Source of the DNA: Eledone cirrhosa
Lineage: Eukaryota
Direction of reading: 5' to 3'
Assembly: GCA_964016885.1 (NCBI GenBank)
Contig: OZ024762.1
Coordinates: forward strand, 27,218,001 to 27,282,000
DNA: 64,000 nt
A program made the position numbers and the translations under genes. Below, in pieces: positions 38,745 through 55,571 of the stretch. A model generated the notes under the pieces. That model had not been told where the DNA came from. It ran no database searches and was given only the letters and a program-made list of their open reading frames with translations. Each line of letters begins with the position of its first letter. Within the stretch, counting starts at the first letter, position 1.

Positions 38745-41700
38745 CAGGTGTTATGGTCTGGAGTAATGTCGTGGTGAAGTGTTGTGGTGTAGTGTTGTGG
38801 TGTAGTGTTGTTGTGTAGTGGTGTGGTGTTGTTGTGTAGTGTTGTGGTGTAGTGTTGTGGTGTAGTGTTGTTGTGTAGTGTTGTTGTGTAGTGTTGTGGT
38901 GTAGTGTTGTTGTGTAGTGTCCTGGTGTAGTGTTGTGGTGTGGTGTTGTGGAGTGGTGTTGTGGTATAGTGCCGTGGTGTAGTGTTGTGGTGTGGTGTTG
39001 TGGTGTGGTGTCCTGGTGTAGTGTTGTGGTGTGGTGTTGTGGAGTGGTGTTGTGGTATAGTGCCGTGGTGTAGTGTTGTGCCGTGGTGTTGTGGTGTGGT
39101 GTCCTGGTGTAGTGTTGTGGTGTAGTGTTGTTGTGTAGTGTTGTTGTGTAGTGTTGTGGTGTGGTGTTGTCGTGTGGTGTCCTGGTGTAGTGTTGTGGTG
39201 TAGTGTTGTAGTATCGTGGTTTTGTGTAGTGGTGTACTGGTGTGGTGTAGTGTCGTGGTGTAGTGTTCTGGTGTGGTGTTGTAGCGTCGTGGTGTGGTGT
39301 TGTGGTGTAATGGTGTGGTGTAGTTTTGTGGTAGAGTGTTGAGGTGCTGTGTTGTGGTGTAGTGTTGTGGTGTGATGTTGTGGTGTAGTGTTGTGGTGTG
39401 GCGTAGTGTTGTGGTGTTGTGGTGTGGTGTAGTGTTGTGGTGTGGTGTAGTGGTGCCGTGTGGTGTTGTGGTGTAGTGTCGTGGTGTAGTGTTGAGTGTG
39501 GTGTGGTGTGGTGTAGTGGTGTGGTGTAGTGTTGAGTGTGGTGTGGTGTGGTGTTGTGGTGTGGTGTTGAGGTGTGGTGTTGTGAAGTAGTGGTGTGTGT
39601 TGGTGTTATGGTGTAGTGTCATGTTTTGCTGTGGTGTAGTGGTGTGATGTGGTGTAGTGGTGTAGTGTTGTGGTGTAGTGTTGTGGTGTAGTGTTGTGGT
39701 GTCGTGGTGTAGTGTTGTGGTGTGGTGTTGTGGTGTAGTGTAGTGTTATGGTGTGGTGTTGTGGTGTAGTGTTGTGGATTGGTGTCGTGCTGTACTGTTG
39801 TGGTGTAGTGTTGTGAGCTGGGGTAGTGGTGTAGTGTTGTGGTGTAGTGTTGTGGAGTGGTGTTTTGGTGTGGTGTCCTAGTGTAGTGGTGTGGTGTTGT
39901 GTTGTAGTGCTGTGGTGTAGAGGTATGGTGTAGTGTGTGGTGCAGTGTTGTGGTGTAGTGTCTTGGTGTGGTGTTGTGGTGTGGTGTCGGGTGTAGTGGT
40001 ATGTTGTGGTGTCGTGGTGTAGTGGTGTTGTGTAGTGTCGTGGTGTAGTGTAGTGGTGTAGTGTCGTGGTGTAGTGTTGTGGTGTGGTGTAATGGTGCAG
40101 TGTTGTGGTGTAGTGTTGTGGTGTTGTGGTGTAGTGTTGTGGTGTAGTGTTGTGGTGTAGTGTTGTGGTGTAGTGGGGTGGTGTAGTGTTGAGGTGTTGT
40201 GGTGTTGTGTAGTGCCGTGGTGTAATGTTGTGGTGTGGTGTTGTGTGTTATTGTGGTTTGGTTTTGTGGTGTAGTGTTCTGGTGTAGTGTTGTGGAGTGG
40301 TGTTGTGGTGTGGTGTCATGGTGTAGTGTTATGGTGTAGTGTTGTGGTGTTGTGGTGTATTGTTGTGGTGTAGTGTTGTGGTGTTGTGGCGTTGTGTAGT
40401 GCCGTGGTGTAGTGTGTTGGTTTTGTGGTGTTGTGTAGTGCCGTGGTGTAGTGTTGTGGTGTAGTGTTGTGGGGCTATGTGTGGTGTCGTGTCGTGGTGT
40501 AATGTTGTGGTGTAGTGTAGTGTGAAGGTGTAATGTTGTGGTGAAGCGTTGTGGTGTTGTGGGGTTGTGCCGTAGTATAGTGTTGTGGTGTTGTGTATGG
40601 TTGTGGTGTTGTGGTGCAGCGTTGTGGTGTAGCGTTGTGGTGTAGTGTTGTGGTGTGGTGTAGTGGGTTGGTGTAGTGTTGAGGTGAGGTGTTGTGGTGT
40701 AGTGTTGTGGTGTAGCGTTGTGGTATAGTGTTGGGGTGTGGTGTTGTGGTGTAGTGGGGTGGTGTAATGTTGAGGTGAGGTGTTGTGGTGTAGTGTTGTA
40801 GTGTAGTTTTGTGGTGTAGAGGTATGGTGTAGTGTGTGGTGCAGTGTTGAGGTGTAGTGTTGTGGTGTAGTGGTATGTTGTGGTGTCGTGGTGTAGTGGT
40901 GTTGTGTAGTGGTGTGGTGTAGTGATGTGGTGTGGTGTTGTGTTGTGATGTAGTGACGTGTGTAGTGTTGTGGTGACGTAGTGTGGTGTAGTGGTGTGGT
41001 GTTGTGGTGTGGTGTCGTGGTGTAGTGTTCTGGTTTAGTGATGTGGTGTAGTGTTTTGGTGTGGTGTTGTAGTGTCGTGGTGTGGTGTTTTGGTGTAGTG
41101 TTGTGGTGTAGTGGTGTGGTAGAGTGTTGAGGTGTGGTGTTGTGGTGTAGTGTTGTGGTGGTGTGGTGTAGTGGTGTGGTGTAGTGGTGTGGTGTAGTGG
41201 TGTGGTGTGGTGTTGTGGTGTAGTGTCGTGGTGTAGTGTTGGGTGTGGTGTGGTATAGTGGTGTGGTGTAGTATTGTGTTGTAGTGTTGTGGTGTGGTGT
41301 TGTGGTGTAGTGTTGTGGTTTAGAGGTGTGGTGTAGTGTTGTGGTGTGGTGTTGTGGTTTTGTGTAGTGGTGTGGTGTAGTGTTGTGGTGTTGTGTAGTG
41401 GTGTGGTGTCGTTGTGTGGTGTAATGTTGTGGTGTGGTGTTGTGGTGTGATGTTGTGGTGTGGTGTTGTGGTGTGGTGTTGTGATGTAGTGGTGTGTTGA
41501 GGTGTTATGTTGTAGTGTCGTGTTGTGGTGTGGTGTAGTGTCGTGGTGTTGTGGTGTAGTGTCGTGGTGTTGTGGTGTAGTGTCGTGGTGTAGTGTTGTG
41601 GTGTAGGGTTGTGGTGTACTCTTGTGGTGTCGTGTCGTGGTGTAGTGTTGTGGTATGGTGTAGAGGTGTGGTGTTGTGGTGTAGTGTTGTGGTGTTGTGG

Positions 41701-44080
41701 TGTAGTGTAGTGTTATGGTGTGGTGTTGTGGTGTAGTGTCGTGGTGTAGTGTTGTGGTTTGGTGTTCTGGTTCGGTGTCGTGCTGTATAGTTGTGGGGTA
41801 GTGTTGTGGGGTGGGGGTAGTAGTGTAGTGTTGTGGTGTAGTGTTGTGGTGTTTTGGTGTGGTGTCCTAGTGTTGTGGTGTGGTGTTGTGCTGTAGTGTT
41901 GTGGTGTAGTGTCGTGGTGTAGTGGTGTGGAGTGGTGTAATGTCGTGATGTGGTGTTGTGGTGTAGTGTTGTGGTGCAGAGGAATGGTGTAGTGTGTGGT
42001 GCAGTGTTGTGGTGTTGTGGTGTAGTGTTGTGGTGTAGTGTTGTGGTGTGGTGTAGTGTTGTGGTGTGGTGTGGTGTAGTGTTGAGGTGTAGTGTTGTGG
42101 TGTAATGTTGTGGTGTGGTGTAGTGTTGAGGTGTAGTGTTGTGGTGAAGTGTTGTGGTGTTATGGTGTGGTGTAGCGGTGTGGTGTTGTTGTGTGGTGTA
42201 GTGTAATGTTGTGGTGTGCTGTGGTGTTGTGGTGTGGTGTTGTGGTGTTGTGTTGTTGTGTTGTTGTGTGGAGTCGTGATGTAGAGTAGTGGTGTCGTGT
42301 CGTGGTGTGGAATCGTGGTGTGGCGTAGTGTTGTGGTCGGGTGTTGTGGTGTAGTGTTGTGGCGTAGTGTTGTGGTGTAGTGTTGTGGCGTAGTGTTGTG
42401 GTCGGGTGTTGTGGTGTAGTCTTGTGGCGTAGTGTTGTGGTGTAGTGTTGTGGCGTAGTGTTGTGGTGTAGTGTAGTGGTGTAGTGGTGTGATGTAATGG
42501 TGTAGTGGTGTGGTGTAATGTTGTGGTGGTGTGGTGTAGTGTTGTGGTGTAATGTTGTGGTGTCGTGTCGTGGCGTCGTGTGGTGTAGTGTTGTGGTGGA
42601 GTGTTGTGGTGTGATGTTGTGGTGTAGTGTTGTGGTGTGGTGTTCTGGTGTGGTGTTGTGTAGTGGTGTAGTGGTGTGGTGTAGTGTTGTGGTGTAGTGT
42701 CGTGGCGTAGTGTCGGGGTGTAGTTTCGTGGTGTAGAGGTCTGGTGTGGTGTGGTGTGGTGTTATGGTTTTGTGTGGTGTAGTGTTGTGGTGTAGTGTCG
42801 TGGTGTTGTAGTGTGGTGTCGTGTCGTGGTGTTGTAGTGTGGTGTCGTGTAGTGTCGTGGTGTAGTGTTGAGGTGTAGTGTCGAGGTGGAGTGTTGTGAT
42901 GTAGTGTTGAGGTGTGGTGTTGTGGGGTGGTGTCGTGGTGTTGTAGTGTGGTGTAGTGTCGTGGTGTAGTAGTATTTTGTTGTGTGGTGTTGTGGTGTAG
43001 TGGTATGTTGTGGTGTCGTGTAGTGGTGTAGTGTTGTGGTGTAGTGTTGTAGTGTGGTGTTGTGGTGGTGTTGTGTCCTGGTGTTGTGGTGTAGTGTTGT
43101 GCTGTAGTGTTGTGGTATGGTGGTGTGGGATAGTGTAGTGTTGTGTTGTGGTGTTGTGGTGTAGTGTAGTGTTGTGGTGTTGTAGTGTAGTGGTGTAGTG
43201 TAGTGGTGTGGAGTTGTGGTGTGGTGTCGTGGTGTAGTGGTGTAGTGGTGTAGTGGTGTAGTGGTGTAGTGGCGTGGTGTAGTGTTGTGGTGTAGTGCTG
43301 TGGTGTGGTGTTGTGGTGTAGTGTTGTGGTGTGGTGTTTGTTGTAGTGTTGTGGTGTTGCGTTGTGGTGGTGTAGTTATGTGGTGTAGTAGTGTAGTGGT
43401 GTGGTGTGGTGTGGGGATGTGGTATGGTGGAGTGTTGTGTTGTGGTGGTGTTGTGGTGTGGTGTTGTAGTGTGGTGTTTGTTGTAGTGTTGTGTAGCTCT
43501 GTTTGTTGTGGTGTGGTGGTGTTGTGTTGTTGTAGTGTGGTGTTTGTTGTAGTGTTATGGTGTGGTGTTGGGATGTGTTGTGGTGTAGTATTGTGGTGTA
43601 GTGTCGTGTTATAATGTTGTGGTGTGGTGTTTGTTGTAGTGTTGTGGTGTAGTGTTGTGGTGTAGTGTTGTGGTGTGGTGTTGTGTTGTGGTGAGGTGCA
43701 GTGTTGTGGTGTAGTGTTGTGGTGATGTGTTGTGATGTGGTGTAGTATTGTGGTGTGGTGTTGTGTTGTGGTGAGGTGCAGTGTTGTGGTGTGGTGCTGT
43801 GATATGGTGTAGTGTTGTGGTGTGGTGTTGTGGTGTGGTGTGGTGTAGTGTTTTGGTATTGTGTTTGGATATGGTGTGGTTGTGTGGTGTTGTGGTTTGG
43901 GGTTTTTATCATGGTGTTGAGGTGTGGTGTTATGGTTTGGTGTTGTAGTTTGGGCTTTGGGTTTTGGTGTTGTGCTTGAGATTTTAGGTGTGGTGTTGTG
44001 GTTTGGTGTCATTTGGTTTTGCAGTTTGATGTTGTTGTTTGGTGTTTAGGTTTGTTGTCAATGTTTGTTTTTGTGGTATA
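38745..44080. repeat. Degenerate GT-rich minisatellite of about 5.3 kb (GTGTAGTGTTGTG-type 13-mers and 5/8-mer subunits)
   Basis: Direct reading; strong strand asymmetry. Confidence 0.92.
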
Positions 44081-44086
44081 ACGTTG

Positions 44087-45622
44087 AGGTTCGGTGCTGG
44101 GCTTGTTGTTGTTTTGGTGTTTTAGTTTGGTGTCAGGGTTTGGTATCAGGATTAGGTATTGTTATTTGGTGTTTAGGTTCGGTGCTGGGCTTGTTGTTGT
44201 TTGGTGTTTTAGTTTGGTGTCAGGGTTTGGTATCAGGATTAGGTATTGTTATTTGGTGTTTAGGTTCGGCGCTGGAGTTTGTTGTTGTTTTGGTGTTTTA
44301 GTTTGGTGTCAGGGTTTGGTATCAGGATTAGGTATTGTTATTTGGTGTTTAGGTTCGGCGCTGGAGTTTGTTGTTGTTTTGGTGTTTTAGTTTGGTGTCA
44401 GGGTTTGGTATCAGGATTAGGTATTGTTATTTGGTGTTTAGGTTCGGCGCTGGAGTTTGTTGTTGTTTTGGTGTTTTAGTTTGGTGTCAGGGTTTGGTAT
44501 CAGGATTAGGTATTGTTATTTGGTGTTTAGGTTCGGCGCTGGAGTTTGTTGTTGTTTTGGTGTTTTAGTTTGGTGTCAGGGTTTGGTATCAGGATTAGGT
44601 ATTGTTATTTGGTGTTTAGGTTCGGCGCTGGAGTTTGTTGTTGTTTTGGTGTTTTAGTTTGGTGTCAGGGTTTGGTATCAGGATTAGGTATTGTTATTTG
44701 GTGTTTAGGTTCGGCGCTGGAGTTTGTTGTTGTTTTGGTGTTTTAGTTTGGTGTCAGGGTTTGGTATCAGGATTAGGTATTGTTATTTGGTGTTTAGGTT
44801 CGGCGCTGGAGTTTGTTGTTGTTTTGGTGTTTTAGTTTGGTGTCAGGGTTTGGTATCAGGATTAGGTATTGTTATTTGGTGTTTAGGTTCGGCGCTGGAG
44901 TTTGTTGTTGTTTTGGTGTTTTAGTTTGGTGTCAGGGTTTGGTATCAGGATTAGGTATTGTTATTTGGTGTTTAGGTTCGGCGCTGGAGTTTGTTGTTGT
45001 TTTGGTGTTTTAGTTTGGTGTCAGGGTTTGGTATCAGGATTAGGTATTGTTATTTGGTGTTTAGGTTCGGCGCTGGAGTTTGTTGTTGTTTTGGTATTTT
45101 AGTTTGGTGTCAGGGTTTGGTATCAGGATTAGGTATTGTTATTTGGTGTTTAGGTTCGGCGCTGGAGTTTGTTGTTGTTTTGGTGTTTTAGTTTGGTGTC
45201 AGGGTTTGGTATCAGGATTAGGTATTGTTATTTGGTGTTTAGGTTCGGCGCTGGAGTTTGTTGTTGTTTTGGTGTTTTAGTTTGGTGTCAGGGTTTGGTA
45301 TCAGGATTAGGTATTGTTATTTGGTGTTTAGGTTCGGCGCTGGAGTTTGATGTTGTTTTGGTGTTTTAGTTTGGTGTCAGGGTTTGGTATCAGGATTAGG
45401 TATTGTTATTTGGTGTTTAGGTTCGGCGCTGGAGTTTGATGTTGTTTTGGTGTTTTAGTTTGGTGTCAGGGTTTGGTATCAGGATTAGGTATTGTTATTT
45501 GGTGTTTAGGTTCGGCGCTGGAGTTTGTTGTTGTTTTGGTGTTTTAGTTTGGTGTCAGGGTTTGGTATCAGGATTAGGTATTGTTATTTGGTGTTTAGGT
45601 TCGGCGCTGGAGTTTGATGTTG
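44087..45622. repeat. 89-bp tandem satellite, about 17 near-identical copies
   Basis: Identical ORFs recur every 89 bp. The unit contains GGTTCGGCGCTGGAGTTTG..GTGTCAGGGTTTGGTATCAGGATTAGG. Confidence 0.95.
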
Positions 45623-45879
45623 TGGCCGGAGGATATGGTGTATCGGGTTTGGAATGTGAGGATCTTAAGGTAGGTATAATTAAAGATTCTTATCACATGC
45701 CACCCACTAATGATTCATATCTAATTCTGCCACTTAATCACCATAATTATTATGCACGGCGTTTCATTTATTTTTGCCGATCTAATCACTTTTCAGCGTC
45801 ACTCACCTCACCGTCCCAGTCACCCCATTCTCTTATTCTTATTATTTATTTCATTCCAATAATCACTATTTCTTTTATT

Positions 45880-45884
<5 letters not shown>

Positions 45885-45933
<49 letters not shown>

Positions 45934-46061
45934 TTTCTCCACCCTCCCTCTCACTATTACTATCTATCTATCTATTTCTCTCTCTCCCTCTCACTCTTTC
46001 TTTCTTTCTCTTTCTCTCTCTCTCTCTATCTGGCTATCTCTCTAACTCTCTCACCCCCCTC

Positions 46062-46122
<61 letters not shown>

Positions 46123-46192
46123 ATCTCTCTCTCACCCTTTCTCTCTTTCTTTCTCTTTCTCTCTCTCTATCTATCTATCTCTCTATCTCTCA

Positions 46193-46235
<43 letters not shown>

Positions 46236-46590
46236 CACTATCGCCCTCTTTCACATTCGCACTCTCTTTCATTTTCTCCCTCTGGCTATGTCTTACTCTC
46301 TTTCTCTCTCACTCTCTCTCAGTTATCTCTCTTACTTGTTCACTCACTCTCCCTCTCTTTAACACCCTGACTCTCTCTTTGGATTCTCTCCCTCTCCCTA
46401 TGTCTCTCTCTCTCTGCCCCTCTCTCTCTCCCTCCCTCTCTCCAACTCTCTCTCTTTCTCTTTCTCTTTCTCTTTCTCTTTCTCTCTCCCTCCCTCCCCA
46501 CAGTCCCTCCCTCTCTCCTATCTCTCCCTCTCCCTTCTCCATCTCCCTCCCTCTCCTTCTCCCACTCCCTCTCCCTCTCCCTCTCCCTTC
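45885..46590. repeat. (CT)/(CTAT)-rich polypyrimidine tract
   Basis: Direct reading. Confidence 0.9.
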
Positions 46591-47471
46591 TGTTAATATG
46601 CATTAATAATCTTAGATATATTGCCAATAATTAGAAAATAGTCTTCCTTGTATCAGGTTTTCCCTTATCTAACAATATCTACATGTAAGGAGGAGAATTG
46701 ACAGAATTTGTCAGGGCGTCTCGTAGAACACCTGGCGGCAATCGCACCGCTTCTCAACTCAAACACCAACGAGGCCAAATTAGACTTTCGCCCTTTCCTT
46801 GTTAGTAAATAAAGTACTGAGGGTGAAGAATTGACATAATCGTTAGAGCGTCGGACAAAATATTTGCCACATTTGGTTCTTAACTCCACGATCTCAGTTC
46901 GAAACACATCGAGATAAACTTAGTCATATGACATTTAGAGATCGATAAAATCAAGTACGATTCAAATAGTGAGGATCAATTCTTCTTCTAAAACAAATAG
47001 GGAAAATCAAATACTAGTTTTAGAGCAGGGTACTTGTGGAATTGTTAAAGCACCAGGCGTGTTGCTTTGCGATGTCTTTTATGGTTCTGTGTATTTTGAT
47101 TCCAAATCTCGTTTCCTGTTACCAGAGATTGTACGCGATAGGAAATCTAAAGGAAACATTGCTAACTAGGCCCAGTCTATTTCGTCTGTGCTAGAGCGAG
47201 AAATAAAATTCTAATTTTATTTTTAATATTCGGCAAACCCAGCCGTAACTCGCTCGATATGCAAGTGAGGATACTCAGTCGATGGGAACAAAATAAAATA
47301 CTATATACTTTCAACCGTTCAAGAGAGTGGCAGAGGTATACACGCGTGATGAAGGGTAATGACCCAGAAACATGTTGATTGTTCCTCAAAGCCAGTGTTG
47401 TTTCTTTACAAACGAATCTAACATTATGATTAATGTTCGATATACTCCATATGTATATATGTGTGTGTATG

Positions 47472-47504
<33 letters not shown>

Positions 47505-48011
47505 ACATTTGCATACATACATTTATGTATCAGCCGTTCTAGGGCGAGAAATAAAAATTCTCTCTCTCTCTCTCTCTATATATATAGAGATTTTTTTTTT
47601 TTTTTTTTTTTTCTCTCGTCTACGATTTCACAGAACTTACGTTCACCGAATTCACGGACTAGACCCCTTCTTCCTCCCGTTAGACCTGTGCGAAATTCCT
47701 TCCTTGCTCACATTCCAACCAGGTCTGATGGTCTTTATTCTCTCTCATTCACGATTTCACCGAACTTATATTCATGGAAATTTGGGACTTGACTCCTTCT
47801 TCACTTTTCGTTGCTTCACCATCTTTGTTTGTTTACACTCTCGTGTCCTCTTTATTTACGTGTCCCAACGACTTTTTTTAGCCGTTGCTCGCACCAACCG
47901 GAGGTATATGGTCTTTAAAGCGATGAAATACCAATGATGGTTGGAAGATCACTGATGAAGGACTAACTTTATTCATATGTAACCCATTAGCAACCACGCA
48001 GCACGTTTATT

Positions 48012-48052
<41 letters not shown>

Positions 48053-48199
48053 TATTCATCTGTTTCTAAAAGTATCTTATGATGAAAGATTGTGTCCGAA
48101 ACCTTAAGACTCTCTTCCTGCTATTTCAAGCGTTAAACTAATATATTTCTTCCGTGTTCTGTACCGTTTGTTTTGTTAGTTTTCATATTTCTGTTCACA

Positions 48200-51310
<3,111 letters not shown>

Positions 51311-51914
51311 TATGTGCGTGTACTACGTTATACATGTAACCTAGTATTTTCTTTTTACGTCCATATGCCTTTTTACTTATCACATGGGAATAATTACCCT
51401 TTGTAATTAATCACAAGATATATGTTATTATTTCTCAGATCTTCTCTTATTTCTTAGTAACATTGTATGAAACTTGACCCCTATATATGCCTATAATTCA
51501 TTTATCATGTTTTCATCAAAGCTAACAGCAGGGGGTAGATAGGATCCTTTATGCTTTTTCTCCATATTTAATAAAGATTTTTTGAGGGGGTGGTTCAAAC
51601 GTAACAAAGAACCCTGGCTCGGTGTTCTTGACAAAAATCGATCCCTGTTAAACCTTTGCCAATTATACCATACCTACATTTGGATGACTTAAAACATCAT
51701 GAGCTCTTCCTCGTTTTCTTACAATCGTCTGTCTTTATTTTATTCTCCCCCCCCCCCTCTCTCTCACTCTCTCTCGCTCTATCAAATATTATCTCCTTTC
51801 TTTCTCGTTCATGTTACGTTCCGATGAAGGATTAGCGTGTGTCCGAAACGTTAAAACACATTTCTAATTATATCAAATTTTGAACTCTGCTGATTTCCTT
51901 TATATATATATATA

Positions 51915-54190
51915 GAGAGAGAGAGAAAAATGGAACGGGAACAATGGAACAGAGAGGCAGTATGAACAAAGGTTTATTAGTTTCACGCTCTTGAGAGTGG
52001 GGGAGGGGATGTTTCGGGCATAAGCCCTTCTTCAGGCGAAAGGTGGGTGGGAAGAGAGTTCCGATGGTGTGTAGGGAGTGGAGGAGAGACATTTAGAAAA
52101 AGGGGGGATGAAAAACTGTGGAAGGGGTACGGTACAAATAGAATTAAAAAAATAAAAATAAAAATAAACATGAAGATAAACAAGTGGTGGAAGGATGTGG
52201 GGCGTGTAGGGGTGGTGGCGGGTGGAGTGGGGAGAGGGAGGCGGGGTGTCCGAGCGGGGAGGGCTGAAGGTGGTGTATGTGTGTAGGTGTATGCGTGTTT
52301 ATATATGTGATGTGAGAGTTGGGGAAGAACGAGGTTCCATGTTCAGGAAAAGGTGTGTGTGAGAGGTGGGGTGTAGGTTGGTATGTGTGTGGGGTGGGGT
52401 GTAGGTTGGTGTGTGTGTGCGTGTGGATGGGGAGGGGTCAGAGGGGTGAGGGAGGGGGTAAGAGGATTCCGGAGGCTGAGTGTGTATATATGTGGGGGTA
52501 CGCACGTGTGTGTGGTGTTTATACGTTTTGTGGATGTAGGTGGCGTGGTTCGAAAAAAATGTTTGTGAGTGTATGTCCGTGGGTAAGTTCCTAAGGTAGT
52601 TCCGTAGAGGGTGTGAAGAGAGCCGGATATTTTCCATGTTATGGAGTAGATAGTGGGAACGAAGAGGGGAGATGTGGTGTGCGCGCGCAACAGGAAGTGG
52701 TCAGAGGCTCAAGGCAGGATAAGGGTAGAGGAGAATGACAGGTGGAGAAGACTGTGTGTCTGTTTGGGGAGTAGTGATCAGAGGGTCAAGGCATAGCAGC
52801 AGTAGAGGAGAAAGTCAGTGTGTCAGTGTGTGCGGAGGTGCGATGGACAAGGGAGAGGATGGGTAGGTGTGAAAGGTGGAGTGGGGAGTGGTTCATGCGG
52901 GGGATGGGGTGTGTATTAGTAAAGGTGTTAGTGGTATGTGTGTGTGTGTGTGGTGAAGGGGTGTGGGTGGAGCGGCGAGAGGGAGAGAAAAGGTGTGGGT
53001 GACGTTGGAGGGAGTGTAGTGTACTGGTGTGTGTGTACGTGTTTGGATGAGTGTGTGTGCGGTGAAGGGGGTGTTAGTGCGTGTTAGTATACTGGTGGTG
53101 GGGAAAGTGTTGAATGCGGGTGTGTTAGTGGGGTGGGCCAAGGGGGTTAGTATTGTTAGTTGTGGGGTGGGCCAAGGGGGTGGGCGGTGAAAAGGGGGAG
53201 TGTGGGTCTGTAGAGTGAAGATGGTGCGTTGTTCGAACCAGAGGCGGGTGGCGGGTGTTCCGTGGCATTGGAGTAGGCCACAGACTGTGTGGTGGTGCGC
53301 GGAATGTCCAGGGGAGCCAAAGTGGCGGGCGATGGGGGAACTACCGCCGAGACGAATATCCTGGAGGTGTTCGGTGAAACGGTCCGCCAGGTGACGTCCA
53401 CTCTGTCCGACGTAGGTTGCGCTGCACTCCGTGCAGCGAAGTCCATAGACTAGGTTGGATGAGGTGCAGCGGAAGGCGTGCCGGACAGAGAGAGAGAGTG
53501 GCCGTTAGGACCCTGGAAGGTGGTGGTGTTGGTGATATGGGGACAGGTGTTGCAACGAGACCTGGAACAGGGAAGGGAACCGGAGGAGAAAGAAGAGCGT
53601 GGTTTGGGTGGTAGGGAGCTGCGGACGAGGAGGGTGCGGAGATTACGTGCGCGTTTGAAGGAAGGGAGTGGTGGGGATGGGAAGATGTGGGAGGTGGATG
53701 GGGTTGGACTGGAGGCGGAGGAGGAGGCGGAGGAGGGCGGAGGATGGTGCGTGGAGGGATAGGGTGGAGTGGTGGTAAGTGATGGGAAGGAAAGACGGTG
53801 GGTGGGTGTGCGGTGACGTGGGGTGAGGGTGGTAGAGCAGTGGACAGCACGGGCGCGAGTGAGGGCGGTGTGGACGAGGGAGGGGGTAACCTCTGCAGAT
53901 GAAATGGCTGACTAGGGAAAGGGCCTGGGACTCAAAGTCAGCATCTCGGCTGCAGAGGCGCGGACTTAAGGTGTTGGGAGTAGGGAATAGAGTGTTTAGT
54001 GTGTGTAGGGTGGAAGGGGTGGGAAGTCGAGGTAGGAGTGGGAGTCGGTGGGTTTGAAGAAGGCGGAGGTGACGAGGGAGTGGTGGGAGGGGTCGATGGC
54101 GACGGAGATGTCTAAGAAGTGGACGTGGGTGTTGGAGATAGAGGTGGTGAAGTGGAGGGAGGGGTGGAAGGAGCAGAAGAAGAAGGGAAA
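51915..54190 (-). mobile_element. 5'-truncated Neptune-like Penelope element; the relevant frames are not in the ORF track
   Basis: Manual translation: FHPSLHFTTSISNTHVHFLDISV..FKPTDSHSYL (late RT, about 54030-54175); PCSRSRCNTCPHI linker; NLVYGLRCTECSATYVGQSGRHLADRFTEHLQDI..PIARHF..PGH (GIY-YIG, about 53300-53456). Confidence 0.88.
52004..52040 (-). ncRNA. Hammerhead core in the 3' region of the adjacent PLE (stem I decayed)
   Basis: Minus strand: CTGAAGA-A-GGGC-TTAT-GCCC-GAAA-CA-TC. Confidence 0.55.
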
Positions 54191-54786
54191 GGAATATATA
54201 TATATATTTATGGTGATAGAATAACTATGTAGCTTGTGCCCTTCCTATCTACGGTTAGCTTTTCTCTTTGTCGTTTACTTGTCTCACTCGCTTTACGCGT
54301 TTTAATTGTCCTAATAACTTAATTTAGTTATTATTGCACCAACGTGAGGTATATGATTTTTAATGCAATGAAATATCTATGATCGTTGGCAAATCACTGA
54401 TGAGGGACTCATTTTATAACATGTTATCCATGTGCAACCTGCAGTATTCTTCTCCCAATTTTTTCATATATATAATATATATATATACATATATATAATA
54501 TATATACAACAACTACAGATTGGCTTGCCTCAGAACGAATTTCTATAGTCTTTTGAATGAGGAATGTACTAACAACTGACCAATGAGAGGAGAAGAGTCC
54601 CTTTGACACTGAAATTCGTTTGTTTGAATTCATATGATTCCAGTTCCTCAGTGAAATAACAACCCAACCAGGAACTTGGCATATCAGAGTATTGACAAAA
54701 TTATACACCAGCCAAAGATGGCTGTCACCGAAATATATATAGCAGTAATAAACGAAGCTAAATTTTAAACATTTTACTTTATTTTA

Positions 54787-54856
<70 letters not shown>

Positions 54857-55001
54857 ATACTTTGGGAGGGTCATGTTGCCAATAAGAAACACACGCACCA
54901 GTTGCTTTCACTTCAATTTAATTTATTAAATATTTATAAATTTACAAATTTATAAATTTCTGGTTGGTTGGTTGGAATCTTGCTAAACAAATTCAGAAAC
55001 G

Positions 55002-55054
<53 letters not shown>

Positions 55055-55084
55055 CATACATACATACATACATACATACATACA

Positions 55085-55116
<32 letters not shown>

Positions 55117-55256
55117 AGCAGAAGGGATATTCAATGTGTTGGTAATTCAACAAATATAAATGTTTATAACTGATTCAGAGCACTCGACAATTTTCTGGAG
55201 TATAATATACAATGATATTAAATAAATGGTAATTATATTTATAAAACGATATTTAT

Positions 55257-55311
55257 TCTATTATATATATTTCAAGCGTACCAACATGTTGGTACGCTAT
55301 CATCAGATAAA
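55257..55311 (-). ncRNA. Minimal type I hammerhead motif
   Basis: Minus strand: TTTAT-CTGATGA-[T AGCGTACCAAC AT GTTGGTACGCT T]-GAAA-TATATA-TA-ATAGA. Confidence 0.8.
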
Positions 55312-55571
55312 ATACGAAGTGTGTTTTAAAGAGAGCAGGACCAATTGTTTAATTGGTGTATGTGTAAATATTTACATTTAATAATCTCCCGTAAGGTTGA
55401 GAAACAATTTGGGCGATATTGGACTGCGCTTTCTAGCCATCAACCCACTCGCCGCCGTAAGCAACCAATCGCACTCTTTCTGACTTGACCACTGCCACGT
55501 CACAGTTCTCAGCCATTTTGTATTCGTGTTTGGCGGGGGGCACTTCAGAAAAAAACTGTCCTAGCGAGTTT

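Noticed and set aside
38745-44080. Telomere-like G/T strand asymmetry
   Set aside because: No TTAGGG or other fixed telomeric unit array; it is an interstitial degenerate minisatellite.
44087-45622. Regular repeat that could be mistaken for a CRISPR array
   Set aside because: The units are identical tandem 89-mers with no unique spacers; there are no cas genes and the context is eukaryotic.
47890-47990. GAAA..TGAT-loop-ATCA-CTGATGA arrangement (also 54340-54410) suggesting a type II hammerhead
   Set aside because: No convincing stem II pairing in either copy.
48074-48110. Decayed HHR-like motifs at 48074 and 51818; isolated CTGANGA words at about 4400, 4854, 12141 and 29060
   Set aside because: They have core mutations or lack stems or GAAA, so they are too weak to call individually.
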